Position numbers and translations under genes: made by a program. The notes under the pieces are model-generated. The model was not told the origin of the DNA. It saw nothing but the letters and a program-made list of their open reading frames with translations, and made no database searches. This document shows, one piece after another, positions 36,707 through 45,236 of a stretch of DNA of 62,856 bases (position 1 is its first letter; every line of letters starts with the position of its first letter). This stretch comes from an uncultured Gammaproteobacteria bacterium (lineage in GTDB: Bacteria; Patescibacteriota; Patescibacteriia; GCA-002772895), in assembly GCA_964522845.1 (NCBI GenBank), contig CAZFZQ010000001.1:6559-69414 (forward strand), in the 5' to 3' direction.

Positions 36707-37675
36707 ATGCTTAAATTAGGCAAAATAGCACTCTTTTTAGCCATATTCGCGGTTTTCGCCGCCGGTATTTTTGCATACAAAACAAAAGCCGAGGCCGCAA
36801 GCTGTGATTCCCCCTTTCAATATATAGATAAGACGGATGAGGTGTATAATCGCTTCATTTGCGATAAAAACGTCCAGGTTTATTATTTTCCCGTAGTTTC
36901 CGACGGCCGCAAATATACGATTACTTTGAAGGACTTGTCCGGCGACCAGAAGCTTTATGCCAGCCGCTATAAGGGCGAAGTTGATAAAATTGACAATCTG
37001 TTAAATTGGCGCTGCAAGGGATATCATTGCGACAGCGCGACGAGCTATGGAGATACGAAGTTTGTAACTTTTGCCGCGCCGGAAGGAGAGCGGGATTATT
37101 ACAGCTGGTTTGCGGTTTATGGCGCAACCGCCGGCCGATACCAAGTTGGCGTTTCCAATGGCGGCGTGATTCAGTTTGCCTCCGCCGACAACCCCGTCAT
37201 TTCAAATACTTCAAACATAGCTTATAATTCATACTTAACCGGCGACTTGCCTTCCATTGTTTGGAAAACCATGCCGCTCGCGAGCAATTATTCTTTTTTC
37301 AATAATTATTGGACCAGTATTTATTTTAACGACAATGATTGGTCCTACATATCGTTGCCGGATAACGGCTGGGGATGCGAACATTGTTATCGCGCGTATC
37401 GCGGAACTTTTTATTTGGACGCGGTGCCAAGCAATTTACAAATGCATTTTGCAAGCGATGACGGAGCGCAAATTTTTGTAAATGGCCAATCCATCGGCAA
37501 CTGGGGGGGGCAAAACAAGGATGGCGCCGGCGGCTGTGTGAACAATAGCAATTGCGCGGCTAATATAAATATCGGCGATATTCCACTTACCAATTTAGTG
37601 AAGGGGAAAAATGTAATTTCCGCGTTTGTTGTGAACGGCCCGCATGGTTCATATTTTAATTTTAATTTGAAATAA
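36707..37675 (+). CDS. secreted protein with beta-sandwich domains (C-terminal PA14/GLEYA-like, tentative)
   Basis: Signal peptide MLKLGKIALFLAIFAVFAAGIFAYKTKAEA. FASDDGAQIFVNGQ segment. Contains a G8 run. Confidence 0.65.
   Translation: MLKLGKIALFLAIFAVFAAGIFAYKTKAEAASCDSPFQYIDKTDEVYNRFICDKNVQVYYFPVVSDGRKYTITLKDLSGDQKLYASRYKGEVDKIDNLLNWRCKGYHCDSATSYGDTKFVTFAAPEGERDYYSWFAVYGATAGRYQVGVSNGGVIQFASADNPVISNTSNIAYNSYLTGDLPSIVWKTMPLASNYSFFNNYWTSIYFNDNDWSYISLPDNGWGCEHCYRAYRGTFYLDAVPSNLQMHFASDDGAQIFVNGQSIGNWGGQNKDGAGGCVNNSNCAANINIGDIPLTNLVKGKNVISAFVVNGPHGSYFNFNLK
37503..37510 (+). repeat. G8 homopolymer inside the secreted-protein CDS
   Basis: aac tgg ggg ggg caa (NWGGQ). Confidence 0.9.
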
Positions 37676-37707
37676 AAGGCAGTTTGGGGTAGAATCGTAT
37701 TTATATG

Positions 37708-38016
37708 CCCGGTAAGACCAACTTTGACCTCTTGCTATGTTCTACGCTTACGTGCTTTTAAGCTTGAAAGATAAAGAAAAATATATCGGCTATACTGCCG
37801 ACTTAATAAAACGCATGGAAGAACATAGCAAGGGATTGAATTTTTCCACAAAATACAGAAGACCATTGAAACTTATTTATTACGAAGCATGTCTTGATGA
37901 AAGAGATGCTAAGCAAAGAGAAAAATATCTAAAAACGACAGCTGGACGAAGATTTTTAGCCAAAAGATTAAAATATTATCTTTTTTACTGATTATTTTCA
38001 AAGTTGTCTTACCGGG
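37708..38016. mobile_element. 309-bp TIR-bounded element carrying only a GIY-YIG nuclease gene
   Basis: CCCGGTAAGACCAACTTTGA (37708-27) and TCAAAGTTGTCTTACCGGG (37998-38016). Flanking direct repeat TATG (37704-07 and 38017-20). Confidence 0.55.
37737..37991 (+). CDS. stand-alone GIY-YIG nuclease domain protein (YhbQ/COG2827-like)
   Basis: 84 aa with YAYVL...KYIGYT (GIY...YIG), R/E/N core residues, and KRLKYY at the end. Confidence 0.85.
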   Translation: MFYAYVLLSLKDKEKYIGYTADLIKRMEEHSKGLNFSTKYRRPLKLIYYEACLDERDAKQREKYLKTTAGRRFLAKRLKYYLFY

Positions 38017-38017
38017 T

Positions 38018-39163
38018 ATGAAGATTGCCCAAGTTGTTTGCACCTTTCCGCCATATCGGGGCGGGATTGGCAATTCCGCGTACAATTTAGCTAAAAATTT
38101 CGCCTTGCAGGGCGAGGAGGTCTGTGTTTTTACGCCGGACTATAATACCGCAGGCTTCCCGACCCCCTACAGCGAGGGATTTAAAATTGAGAGGATAAGA
38201 CCTCTTTTTTCGTCTGGAAACGCAGCCGTCTTGCCTCAGCTTATGTGGCGGCCAAGAGGTTTTGATGTCATCCATCTTCATCTGCCGTTTTTGGGCGCCA
38301 CGCTTCCCATCTTCTGGTTTTCTATTTTCCATCCAAAAATCAAGCTGATCGTTACTTATCATATGGATTTGGCCGGAACGGGATTGAAGAAATCTATTTT
38401 TGATTTGTATAAAAAAATTGCCCTTCCCTTAATTTTTCACCGCGCCAATAAAATTATTGTCAGTTCGTATGATTACGCGGAGAACTCCGATATTAAAAAT
38501 TTTTTAGCCAAACATAAAAATAAATTTGTGGAAATTCCTTTCGGCGTTGATGAACACAAATTTTGTCCAACGGAAAAAAACGCCGCGCTCGCGGAAAAAT
38601 ATTTTATTGACGCGGAAACTAAGACGCTTCTTTTTGTCGGGGGCTTGGACGCGGCGCATTATTTTAAGGGCCTGGATATTTTATTGCGCGCTTTAAAAAA
38701 AGTGGCGGAGTCGGGTTTGGAAAATATAAAACTTATCGTCGTGGGCGACGGGGAACTGAAATCCGAATATCAAAATCAGGCCGAGTTTTTGCATTTGCGG
38801 GATAAAATTATTTTTGCGGGAAATATTTCCGATGCCGAACTCCCGGATTATTACAATTTGGCGGACGCGTTTGTCCTGCCGTCAATTGATAAGTCCGAGG
38901 CCTTCGGCTTGGTTTTGCTTGAGGCGGCCGCTTGCGCAAAGCCCGCGATCGCGTCGGATTTGCCCGGCGTGCGCATGGTGGTAAAAAATAATCAGACCGG
39001 ATTTTTATCCAAGCCGGCTGATGTTGACGATTTAGCGGAAAAAATCAAACAATTATTTTCCGATAGCGAGATGATAAAAAAAATGGGCAAGTCCGCCCGT
39101 GAAATGGTTTTGGAAAAATATAGCTGGGAAAAAGTTGCAGAGGTTTATTTAAAAAATTTTTAA
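38018..39163 (+). CDS. GT4 (group 1) glycosyltransferase
   Basis: MKIAQVVCTFPPYRGGIGN at the N-terminus. C-terminal SEAFGLVLLEAAACAKPAIASDLPG...NNQTGFL. Confidence 0.85.
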   Translation: MKIAQVVCTFPPYRGGIGNSAYNLAKNFALQGEEVCVFTPDYNTAGFPTPYSEGFKIERIRPLFSSGNAAVLPQLMWRPRGFDVIHLHLPFLGATLPIFWFSIFHPKIKLIVTYHMDLAGTGLKKSIFDLYKKIALPLIFHRANKIIVSSYDYAENSDIKNFLAKHKNKFVEIPFGVDEHKFCPTEKNAALAEKYFIDAETKTLLFVGGLDAAHYFKGLDILLRALKKVAESGLENIKLIVVGDGELKSEYQNQAEFLHLRDKIIFAGNISDAELPDYYNLADAFVLPSIDKSEAFGLVLLEAAACAKPAIASDLPGVRMVVKNNQTGFLSKPADVDDLAEKIKQLFSDSEMIKKMGKSAREMVLEKYSWEKVAEVYLKNF

Positions 39164-39613
39164 CAATTCTTTCAAGTGCCCCAGCCGTTTATAAAATCCC
39201 GCGGAATGAATTGATCGCGCGAGCCCCAGTTTTTTGTAATCATAATGGTGCAGCCATTCGTGAAGCAGGGTGTCCAAAAAAGTTTTCGGCGCCAGGATTT
39301 GCCCGCGCGCGGCCGTGCGGTTGTAAATATAAATATAGTTCGTGCCCGGTTTGTAGTATCCATACTGCTTGGATACTATTTTGTTTTGAACTCTTTTATG
39401 ATATTGCCTGGCGGGGGATATTTTTAATTTTACAATGTCAATTTGGGCGGCGTCGGAGAGTTCGTCCAAAAGCGCTTCGCCGAATTTTTGCCGCTCATAT
39501 TCTTCGCCGCTATCCAAAAGCGTGCGCGTGAAAAGCAGAATATTGTCCGACGGCCGGACATCAACCGTCAAAATCCGGTTGCTTTTTTCGTAATTTTTAT
39601 CTTGAAATGGCAT
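39149..39613 (-). CDS. small HExxH-motif protein (putative Zn-metallopeptidase-like)
   Basis: LLHEWLHHYD motif. I prefer the ATG at 39613; the ORF is open to 39643. Its 3' end overlaps the convergent GT4 gene by 15 nt. Confidence 0.5.
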   Translation of the reverse strand: MPFQDKNYEKSNRILTVDVRPSDNILLFTRTLLDSGEEYERQKFGEALLDELSDAAQIDIVKLKISPARQYHKRVQNKIVSKQYGYYKPGTNYIYIYNRTAARGQILAPKTFLDTLLHEWLHHYDYKKLGLARSIHSAGFYKRLGHLKELLKIF

Positions 39614-39742
39614 ATTTTTCCTTATATTTATATTACCACACATTACCGGGAAATAGTTGATTTTTTTATATAATTATGCTTAGATGGATATAGGGGGAAG
39701 CAAGAACTTTGACAACCAAACCCCATAAAAAGGGAGAGGAAG

Positions 39743-42166
39743 ATGTCTGAAAATAAGACCGCAAGAGTAAGGGTAAGTTTGCTGCCGGCTATTATTTTGC
39801 CGGAGAAGGCGTTTTTACCATTGTCTTTTTGGTTGAAGTTGAAGGCGGAGACAGTCACAGATTATTTGGCTCTTCGCTATATTGCCAAAGGCGAGATCAC
39901 GGGCATCCATCAAGCGGATTATTTTGGCGGCCCGGTGGTTTTGATTCCCGGAAAACTTCGGCCGGCCGTGGACAAAACGGTTTCGTCTTCACGCAAGACC
40001 TTTGACGGAATTGCGGTTTTGGCAAAAATTAGAGAATGTATCAAGCTTGCCGATGGAGTTGAATACCGCGCGGCAATCTATCAAAAAATCCATGTTAAGC
40101 GATTGGTTTTTACCAACAATATGCATTTCGCGGAAATCAAAAATGCGTTTTTCCACGACGATGTTGATTCGGATGAAGCCAAAGAAATAAAGAGAATGAT
40201 CATCCGAATGCTTAACGAGCTTCAGCCATTTCAGTGTTTTATTAATGAGAAGCGGGTGCAAAAAATATGCGAAGCGGATAGCCCGCTGATTTTTTCTGAA
40301 CGGATGATTTATCATTTTAATAAACATTTGTTCAAAGAAGCGGGTGAGATTTTTAGCGATGAGGAGCTGGTCCGGTATTTTAACGAACCGAATACGGTAA
40401 AAAAATTAAAGGCGATTCTGAAAAAGCTGTCCATCGTTCTTACTAGCCAAAAGACAAAACTGGAAATTAATAAAAAAGTCGCGGCGGTAGCGGGATCTGA
40501 ACAAAGGAAATACCTACTGCGCCAAAGCGCGCAAACACTGCAAAATGAGCTGGATGAGCTTCAGCAGAAAGACCGGCCCGTAGACGATATTATGGAAAAG
40601 CTCAAAGCGCGTATCGAAGCGGCCGAAATGCCGGAAGAAGCTGAGAAAATGGCTAAGAAACAGCTTGAACGCCTAAAAATGATTCCGCGGGAATCTCCGG
40701 AATACGCTATGACCTTGACTTATCTGGATTGGCTCTGCGACTTGCCGTGGAATGGCAAAACCGAAGAAACCGTTGACATTATTTGGGCAAGGCAGATTTT
40801 GAACGGCGATCATTATGGGCTTGAAAAAGTAAAACGGCGGATTATTGAGCATTTGGCGATTTTGAAATTGAAACCCAATAAAAAGCCGCCGATTCTCTGT
40901 TTCGTCGGCCCTCCGGGTGTCGGAAAAACGTCTCTCGGAAAATCCATCGCTCATGCCATGGGCAGAAAATTTGTCCGCATTTCTTTGGGCGGTGTCCGCG
41001 ACGAAGCGGAAATCCGCGGGCATCGCCGGACCTATGTCGGCGCTCTTCCCGGACGGATTTTGCAGAACATAAAAAGAGCCGGAACAAAGAATGCGGTTTT
41101 CATGCTGGATGAAATTGACAAGCTTGCTTCGGATTTCAGCGGCGATCCAGCGTCCGCCTTGCTGGAAGTGCTGGATCCGGAGCAAAATTTCGCCTTCTCC
41201 GACCACTACTTGGAAGTTTCGTATGATTTGTCGCCAATATTTTTCATTTGCACGGCCAATCTTGAGGATCCCATTCCTCCGGCGTTGCACGACAGAATGG
41301 AATTTATCCGTTTGGCGGGATATACGCCCCAGGAAAAATACGAAATCGCCAAAAGGTTTTTGATCCCCAAGCAGATGGAAGAAAATGGCGTGGAAAAAAA
41401 GGGATTGAAAATTACCGATGGCGCGCTATATTCTTTGGTTGATAATTACACGCGGGAAGCCGGCGTACGCAATCTGGAACGGGAAATCGCTTCAGCCATC
41501 AGAAACCGCGCTGTTCTGATCGCGCAGAACAAAGAGTTCAAGACCGAAATTTGGGCAAGCGACCTTTTGGAAATTTTTGGTCCGGCGCGCTTTGAAATTA
41601 CCGGTGGCGTTGACATTCATATTCCGGGCGTGGTCACGGGTTTGGCCTGGACTGAAGTTGGCGGCTGCACTTTGATCATTGAATCGAGTAAAATGCCAAG
41701 AGCCGGCAATGAAGAAAATCTGAAATACACCGGCCGTCTGGGCGATGTGATGAAGGAATCAATTGAAGTGGCGTGGGATGTCGCTCGCGACAAGAGTAAT
41801 GTTAATGCATCGCTTTGGCAAAATTCCAGAATTCATCTGCATGTGCCTGAAGGCGCAACGCCCAAAGATGGCCCGTCTGCCGGAGTAGCTATGACCATAT
41901 CATTGATTTCGACACTTTCCAGCCGTTTAGTGCGTCCTGATTTGGCTATGACCGGCGAAATTACATTGCGTGGCGGCGGTACGATTCTGCCTGTGGGCGG
42001 AATCAAGGAAAAGCTTTTGGCTGCGCATCGCGCCGGCTATAAGTACGCGTTCATTCCTTCGCAAAACGAAAAAGATTTGTCCGAGGTCCCTGATGATGTC
42101 AAGCGGGAAATGGAAATCATGTTGGCGAAAAATATTGACGAAGTGATTAATTTTGCTCTTCAGTAA
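39743..42166 (+). CDS. lon: ATP-dependent Lon protease
   Basis: Walker A GPPGVGKTS, MLDEIDK, and protease-domain PKDGPSAGVAM with a downstream Lys. GGGAGAGG-type RBS. Confidence 0.95.
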   Translation: MSENKTARVRVSLLPAIILPEKAFLPLSFWLKLKAETVTDYLALRYIAKGEITGIHQADYFGGPVVLIPGKLRPAVDKTVSSSRKTFDGIAVLAKIRECIKLADGVEYRAAIYQKIHVKRLVFTNNMHFAEIKNAFFHDDVDSDEAKEIKRMIIRMLNELQPFQCFINEKRVQKICEADSPLIFSERMIYHFNKHLFKEAGEIFSDEELVRYFNEPNTVKKLKAILKKLSIVLTSQKTKLEINKKVAAVAGSEQRKYLLRQSAQTLQNELDELQQKDRPVDDIMEKLKARIEAAEMPEEAEKMAKKQLERLKMIPRESPEYAMTLTYLDWLCDLPWNGKTEETVDIIWARQILNGDHYGLEKVKRRIIEHLAILKLKPNKKPPILCFVGPPGVGKTSLGKSIAHAMGRKFVRISLGGVRDEAEIRGHRRTYVGALPGRILQNIKRAGTKNAVFMLDEIDKLASDFSGDPASALLEVLDPEQNFAFSDHYLEVSYDLSPIFFICTANLEDPIPPALHDRMEFIRLAGYTPQEKYEIAKRFLIPKQMEENGVEKKGLKITDGALYSLVDNYTREAGVRNLEREIASAIRNRAVLIAQNKEFKTEIWASDLLEIFGPARFEITGGVDIHIPGVVTGLAWTEVGGCTLIIESSKMPRAGNEENLKYTGRLGDVMKESIEVAWDVARDKSNVNASLWQNSRIHLHVPEGATPKDGPSAGVAMTISLISTLSSRLVRPDLAMTGEITLRGGGTILPVGGIKEKLLAAHRAGYKYAFIPSQNEKDLSEVPDDVKREMEIMLAKNIDEVINFALQ

Positions 42167-42174
42167 GAGTTGCA

Positions 42175-42203
42175 AGAGGCCCCCAAATCGGCCTCTTTTT
42201 TTA
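42175..42203 (+). terminator. rho-independent terminator of lon
   Basis: AGAGGCC - loop - GGCCTCT followed by T7. Confidence 0.7.
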
Positions 42204-42217
42204 TTTATTGAATTATT

Positions 42218-42303
42218 CCTCCCCTTAAGATAAGGGGAGGTTAGGTGGGGTTATGAATCTTTAACATAACTCCCCCCTAACCCCCTCTTACCTTAAGAGG
42301 GGG
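42218..42303. repeat. two inverted copies of a ~40-nt C5/G5 palindromic repeat family
   Basis: CCTCCCCTTAAGATAAGGGGAGGTTAGGTGGGGTTATGAAT (42218-58) and its inverted relative at 42265-42303. The same family occurs at 45196, inside thrS, and inside pheT. Confidence 0.7.
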
Positions 42304-42344
42304 TGCAGTAGCAATATTTTTTTGCTTATGATAATATTAATATT

Positions 42345-43526
42345 ATGCTAACTACTATATTATTATTCGTAATAATCTTAGGGCTTTTGGTTTTTGTCCA
42401 TGAATTCGGGCATTTTATTGTTGCCAAGAAAATGGGCGTGGGAGTGGAGGAATTTGGGTTCGGATTTCCTCCGCGTATGATTGGCGTCTACAAAGTCGGG
42501 AAAAAACTCCACTGGGTTTTTAAAAAGACGCCGTCTTTTGACGAAAGTATCGCCGGCGCCATGAAAAGAACGATTTATTCTTTGAATTGGATTCCGCTCG
42601 GCGGTTTTGTGAAAATCAAAGGCGAGGAAGGCGGCAGCCGTACGGAAGCCGACAGTTTTGCCTCCAAAGCCATTTGGAAAAGAATTGTCATTGTGGCTGC
42701 GGGCGTGACCATGAATTTGATTTTGGCGGCCGTGATTTTGTCCGTGGGTTTTGGCATCGGCATGCCTCAGGCCCTGGACAGGGACATGTCCGGCGCCAAA
42801 GTGAAAAATCAAAGCATGCAAATTATTTCCGTGGCAAAAAAATCCGCGGCGGACGCGGCCGGACTGCAAGCCGGCGACGAGATTTTATCCGTTGACGGCA
42901 AGAAATTAAATTTTAAAGAATTGCAGGCCTACGCCACGAGCCGGGTGGGCGAGCAAATTAATTATTCCATAAAAAGAGGCGGCGCAATATTGGATAAAAA
43001 AATTATTCCCGCGATTTTGCCGGAAACGGGTTATGGCGGCGTGGGCGTTGGTTTGATTGAAACCGGCATCGTTTCTTATCCGTGGTATTTGGCAATTTGG
43101 AAAGGAATTTTGGAAACAGGGTATTTGCTCAAAGAAATCGTGCTGGCGTTTTATACGCTCTTGCGCGATCTTATTTTGGGGCATGGCGCGGCTGTGGATT
43201 TGTCCGGTCCCGTGGGCATCGCGGTTTTGACCGGGCGCGTGGCGCGGCTTGGTTTTTCTTACATTTTGCAGTTTGCGGCCGTGCTCTCGGTTAATTTGGC
43301 CGTGGTAAATATTTTGCCTTTGCCCGCGCTGGATGGCGGACGGATTGTTTTTTTCATCGTGGAAAAAATCCGCCGCCGGCCAATAAATCAAAAAATAGAA
43401 TCCGCGGTGCACAACATCGGCTTCGCGCTTTTAATGCTCTTGGTCGCGGTTATCACTTATCGCGATTTTGTAAAATTCGGCGACAAGTTTCAGCATTTGT
43501 GGCAAAATATAATTAATAAGATATAA
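42345..43526 (+). CDS. rseP: RIP metalloprotease RseP (site-2 protease, M50)
   Basis: HEFGHFIVAK at the N-terminus, a central PDZ-like segment, and NILPLPALDGG. Confidence 0.9.
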   Translation: MLTTILLFVIILGLLVFVHEFGHFIVAKKMGVGVEEFGFGFPPRMIGVYKVGKKLHWVFKKTPSFDESIAGAMKRTIYSLNWIPLGGFVKIKGEEGGSRTEADSFASKAIWKRIVIVAAGVTMNLILAAVILSVGFGIGMPQALDRDMSGAKVKNQSMQIISVAKKSAADAAGLQAGDEILSVDGKKLNFKELQAYATSRVGEQINYSIKRGGAILDKKIIPAILPETGYGGVGVGLIETGIVSYPWYLAIWKGILETGYLLKEIVLAFYTLLRDLILGHGAAVDLSGPVGIAVLTGRVARLGFSYILQFAAVLSVNLAVVNILPLPALDGGRIVFFIVEKIRRRPINQKIESAVHNIGFALLMLLVAVITYRDFVKFGDKFQHLWQNIINKI

Positions 43527-43530
43527 AATT

Positions 43531-43640
43531 CCAATCTACGGATGAATCCAAATCTACGGATACCTACGGATAAATCATCCGAATAATTCGGATAAAATTC
43601 GTAATTTTATTTGTAGATTAGGATGAATTTGTAGATTAGG
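43531..43640 (+). other. ~110-nt imperfect long hairpin (candidate structured RNA, attenuator or repeat)
   Basis: AATCTACGGAT x2 on the left pairs with TTTGTAGATT x2 on the right. The apex is ATCCGAATAATTCGGAT. Several G:T positions pair only as G:U in + strand RNA. Confidence 0.5.
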
Positions 43641-43654
43641 ATTTTGATGTAATT

Positions 43655-44032
43655 ATGCCAGATAATTTGACGCCGGAAGAAACAAAAGACAACGAGCATT
43701 CTAAGGGCAGTTTGGATGAGGACACTGAAGGCACGGGTGTTGACGAGCCAAATCTTGACGAGGCGAGCTGGGATGATGAAGTTGAGCCCGAAGACCGCGA
43801 AGATTTTACCGCGGCAAAAATTAAATTTGAAGAATTGACGGACGAGGACCGCGAAATTTATTTGGAAATGGTTTCTTTGCGTGAAGAATTCGGCGAAGGC
43901 AGCGCGGAAAAAGAGGGGATGGAGGATATAAAAAAGTTAATCAGGAGATGTGAAGATATAAAATCAGAACTGATGGAAGGCACGCGGCCCAAATTTTTAG
44001 ATTTGATGATTAAAAAGTTAAAGGAATTATAA
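43655..44032 (+). CDS. highly acidic hypothetical protein (125 aa)
   Basis: Open frame with D/E-rich composition. No recognisable motif. Confidence 0.5.
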   Translation: MPDNLTPEETKDNEHSKGSLDEDTEGTGVDEPNLDEASWDDEVEPEDREDFTAAKIKFEELTDEDREIYLEMVSLREEFGEGSAEKEGMEDIKKLIRRCEDIKSELMEGTRPKFLDLMIKKLKEL

Positions 44033-44099
44033 TCCTCACTCTTGGTACTCCAAGGGGGAGGCGGCCTCTTGGCCGGTGGGGGATTTTTACCCTTTAGTA

Positions 44100-45184
44100 T
44101 GAAAACAAAACTGGAACAATTAAAAAATGACGCGAGCGCAGAACTCCAAAAAATCGCAACCGCGGAAGAATTGCGGGATTTTGAAATTAAAATTTTCGGG
44201 CGAAAAGGCAAGTTTAATGATTTGACTAAAGAATTGGGAACGCTTGCCATTGCGGAAAGAAAAGAAATGGGGCGCTTGGCAAACGAGGTGCGAGCTGTGT
44301 TGGAAAAAGCAATCGGCGAACGCCGGCAGGAGTTTGAATCGGCGCGTTTGAATGATTTGGCGAAAACCGAGTGGATTGACAAAACTTTACCCGGAGTAAA
44401 ACCCGAGCTGGGGCATTTGCATTTGATGACGCAGGCGATTGATGAAATTTCGGACATATTTATCCGATTGGGGTTTGTCCGCCGCCGATATCCGGAAATT
44501 GAATGGGATTGGTATGCTTTTGAATCATTGAATATGCCAAAGGACCATCCGGCGCGCGACGAATGGGAGACATTTTTTATTGATTTGCCCGAAGGGAATC
44601 CTTCTTCGCACAAGGCTACGAAGGACAGGGGGAAAATAGTTTTGACGCCGCACACGTCAAGCGGCCAGGTACGTGAAATGGAGCGCGGCGAACTTCCTAT
44701 TAGGATGATGAATATTTCCAAATGCTACCGCCGGCAAGCGGATGTGACGCACGTACCAATGTTTCATCAGTTTGAAGGGTTATTGATTGATAAAGGAGTT
44801 TCCATCGCGCACCTAAAAGGCACACTGGATTATTTCGCGCGTGAATTTTTTGGCGCGTCACGGAAAACGCGTTTGCGCCCGTTTCATTTTCGTTTTACCG
44901 AACCGTCATTTGAAATTGATATTTCCTGCGATGTTTGCAATGGTACGGGAAAATTATCAAATGGCGACAAATGCCGTGTTTGCAAACAGGGCTGGTTGGA
45001 ATTGGGCGGCGCGGGCATGGTTCATCCGAATGTTTTGCGCGCCGGGGGCATTGATCCGAAAAAATACAACGGCTTTGCTTTTGGCTGGGGCGTGGAGCGC
45101 ACCTTTATGATGAAAGAAGGAATGAAAATTGACGACCTCCGCATACTTTATAAAAATGATTTGAGGTTTATCAGGCAGTTTTGA
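44100..45184 (+). CDS. pheS: phenylalanine--tRNA ligase alpha subunit
   Basis: ATG at 44100 (MKTKLEQLK). Class II motifs, including HPARDEWETFF and FRFTEPSFEIDI. Confidence 0.95.
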
Positions 45185-45195
45185 TTCCGACTTTT

Positions 45196-45236
45196 CTCCC
45201 CCTTAAGGTAAGGGGGAGTTAGAGGGGGTTATGAAT
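45196..45236 (+). repeat. copy of the C5/G5 palindromic repeat
   Basis: CTCCCCCTTAAGGTAAGGGGGAGTTAGAGGGGGTTATGAAT with a 10-bp perfect stem. Its ATG supplies the first in-frame start of the next ORF. Confidence 0.75.

Noticed and set aside
36516-38016. The two TIR elements plus the enclosed secreted-protein gene, considered as a composite transposon.
   Set aside because: The outermost flanks (CTTGA on the left, TATG on the right) do not match each other, while each element has its own matching duplication. That indicates two independent insertions.
44033-44099. A possible T-box or attenuator leader upstream of pheS (and of thrS).
   Set aside because: Only 67 nt are available before pheS, and 1 nt before thrS. 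That is too short for a T-box (>180 nt), and no specifier or T-box sequence was recognised.
43858-44721. A 287-aa ORF on the minus strand.
   Set aside because: It lies antisense to the acidic ORF and to the unmistakable pheS gene. Its S/P/R-rich low-complexity translation is typical of a shadow frame.
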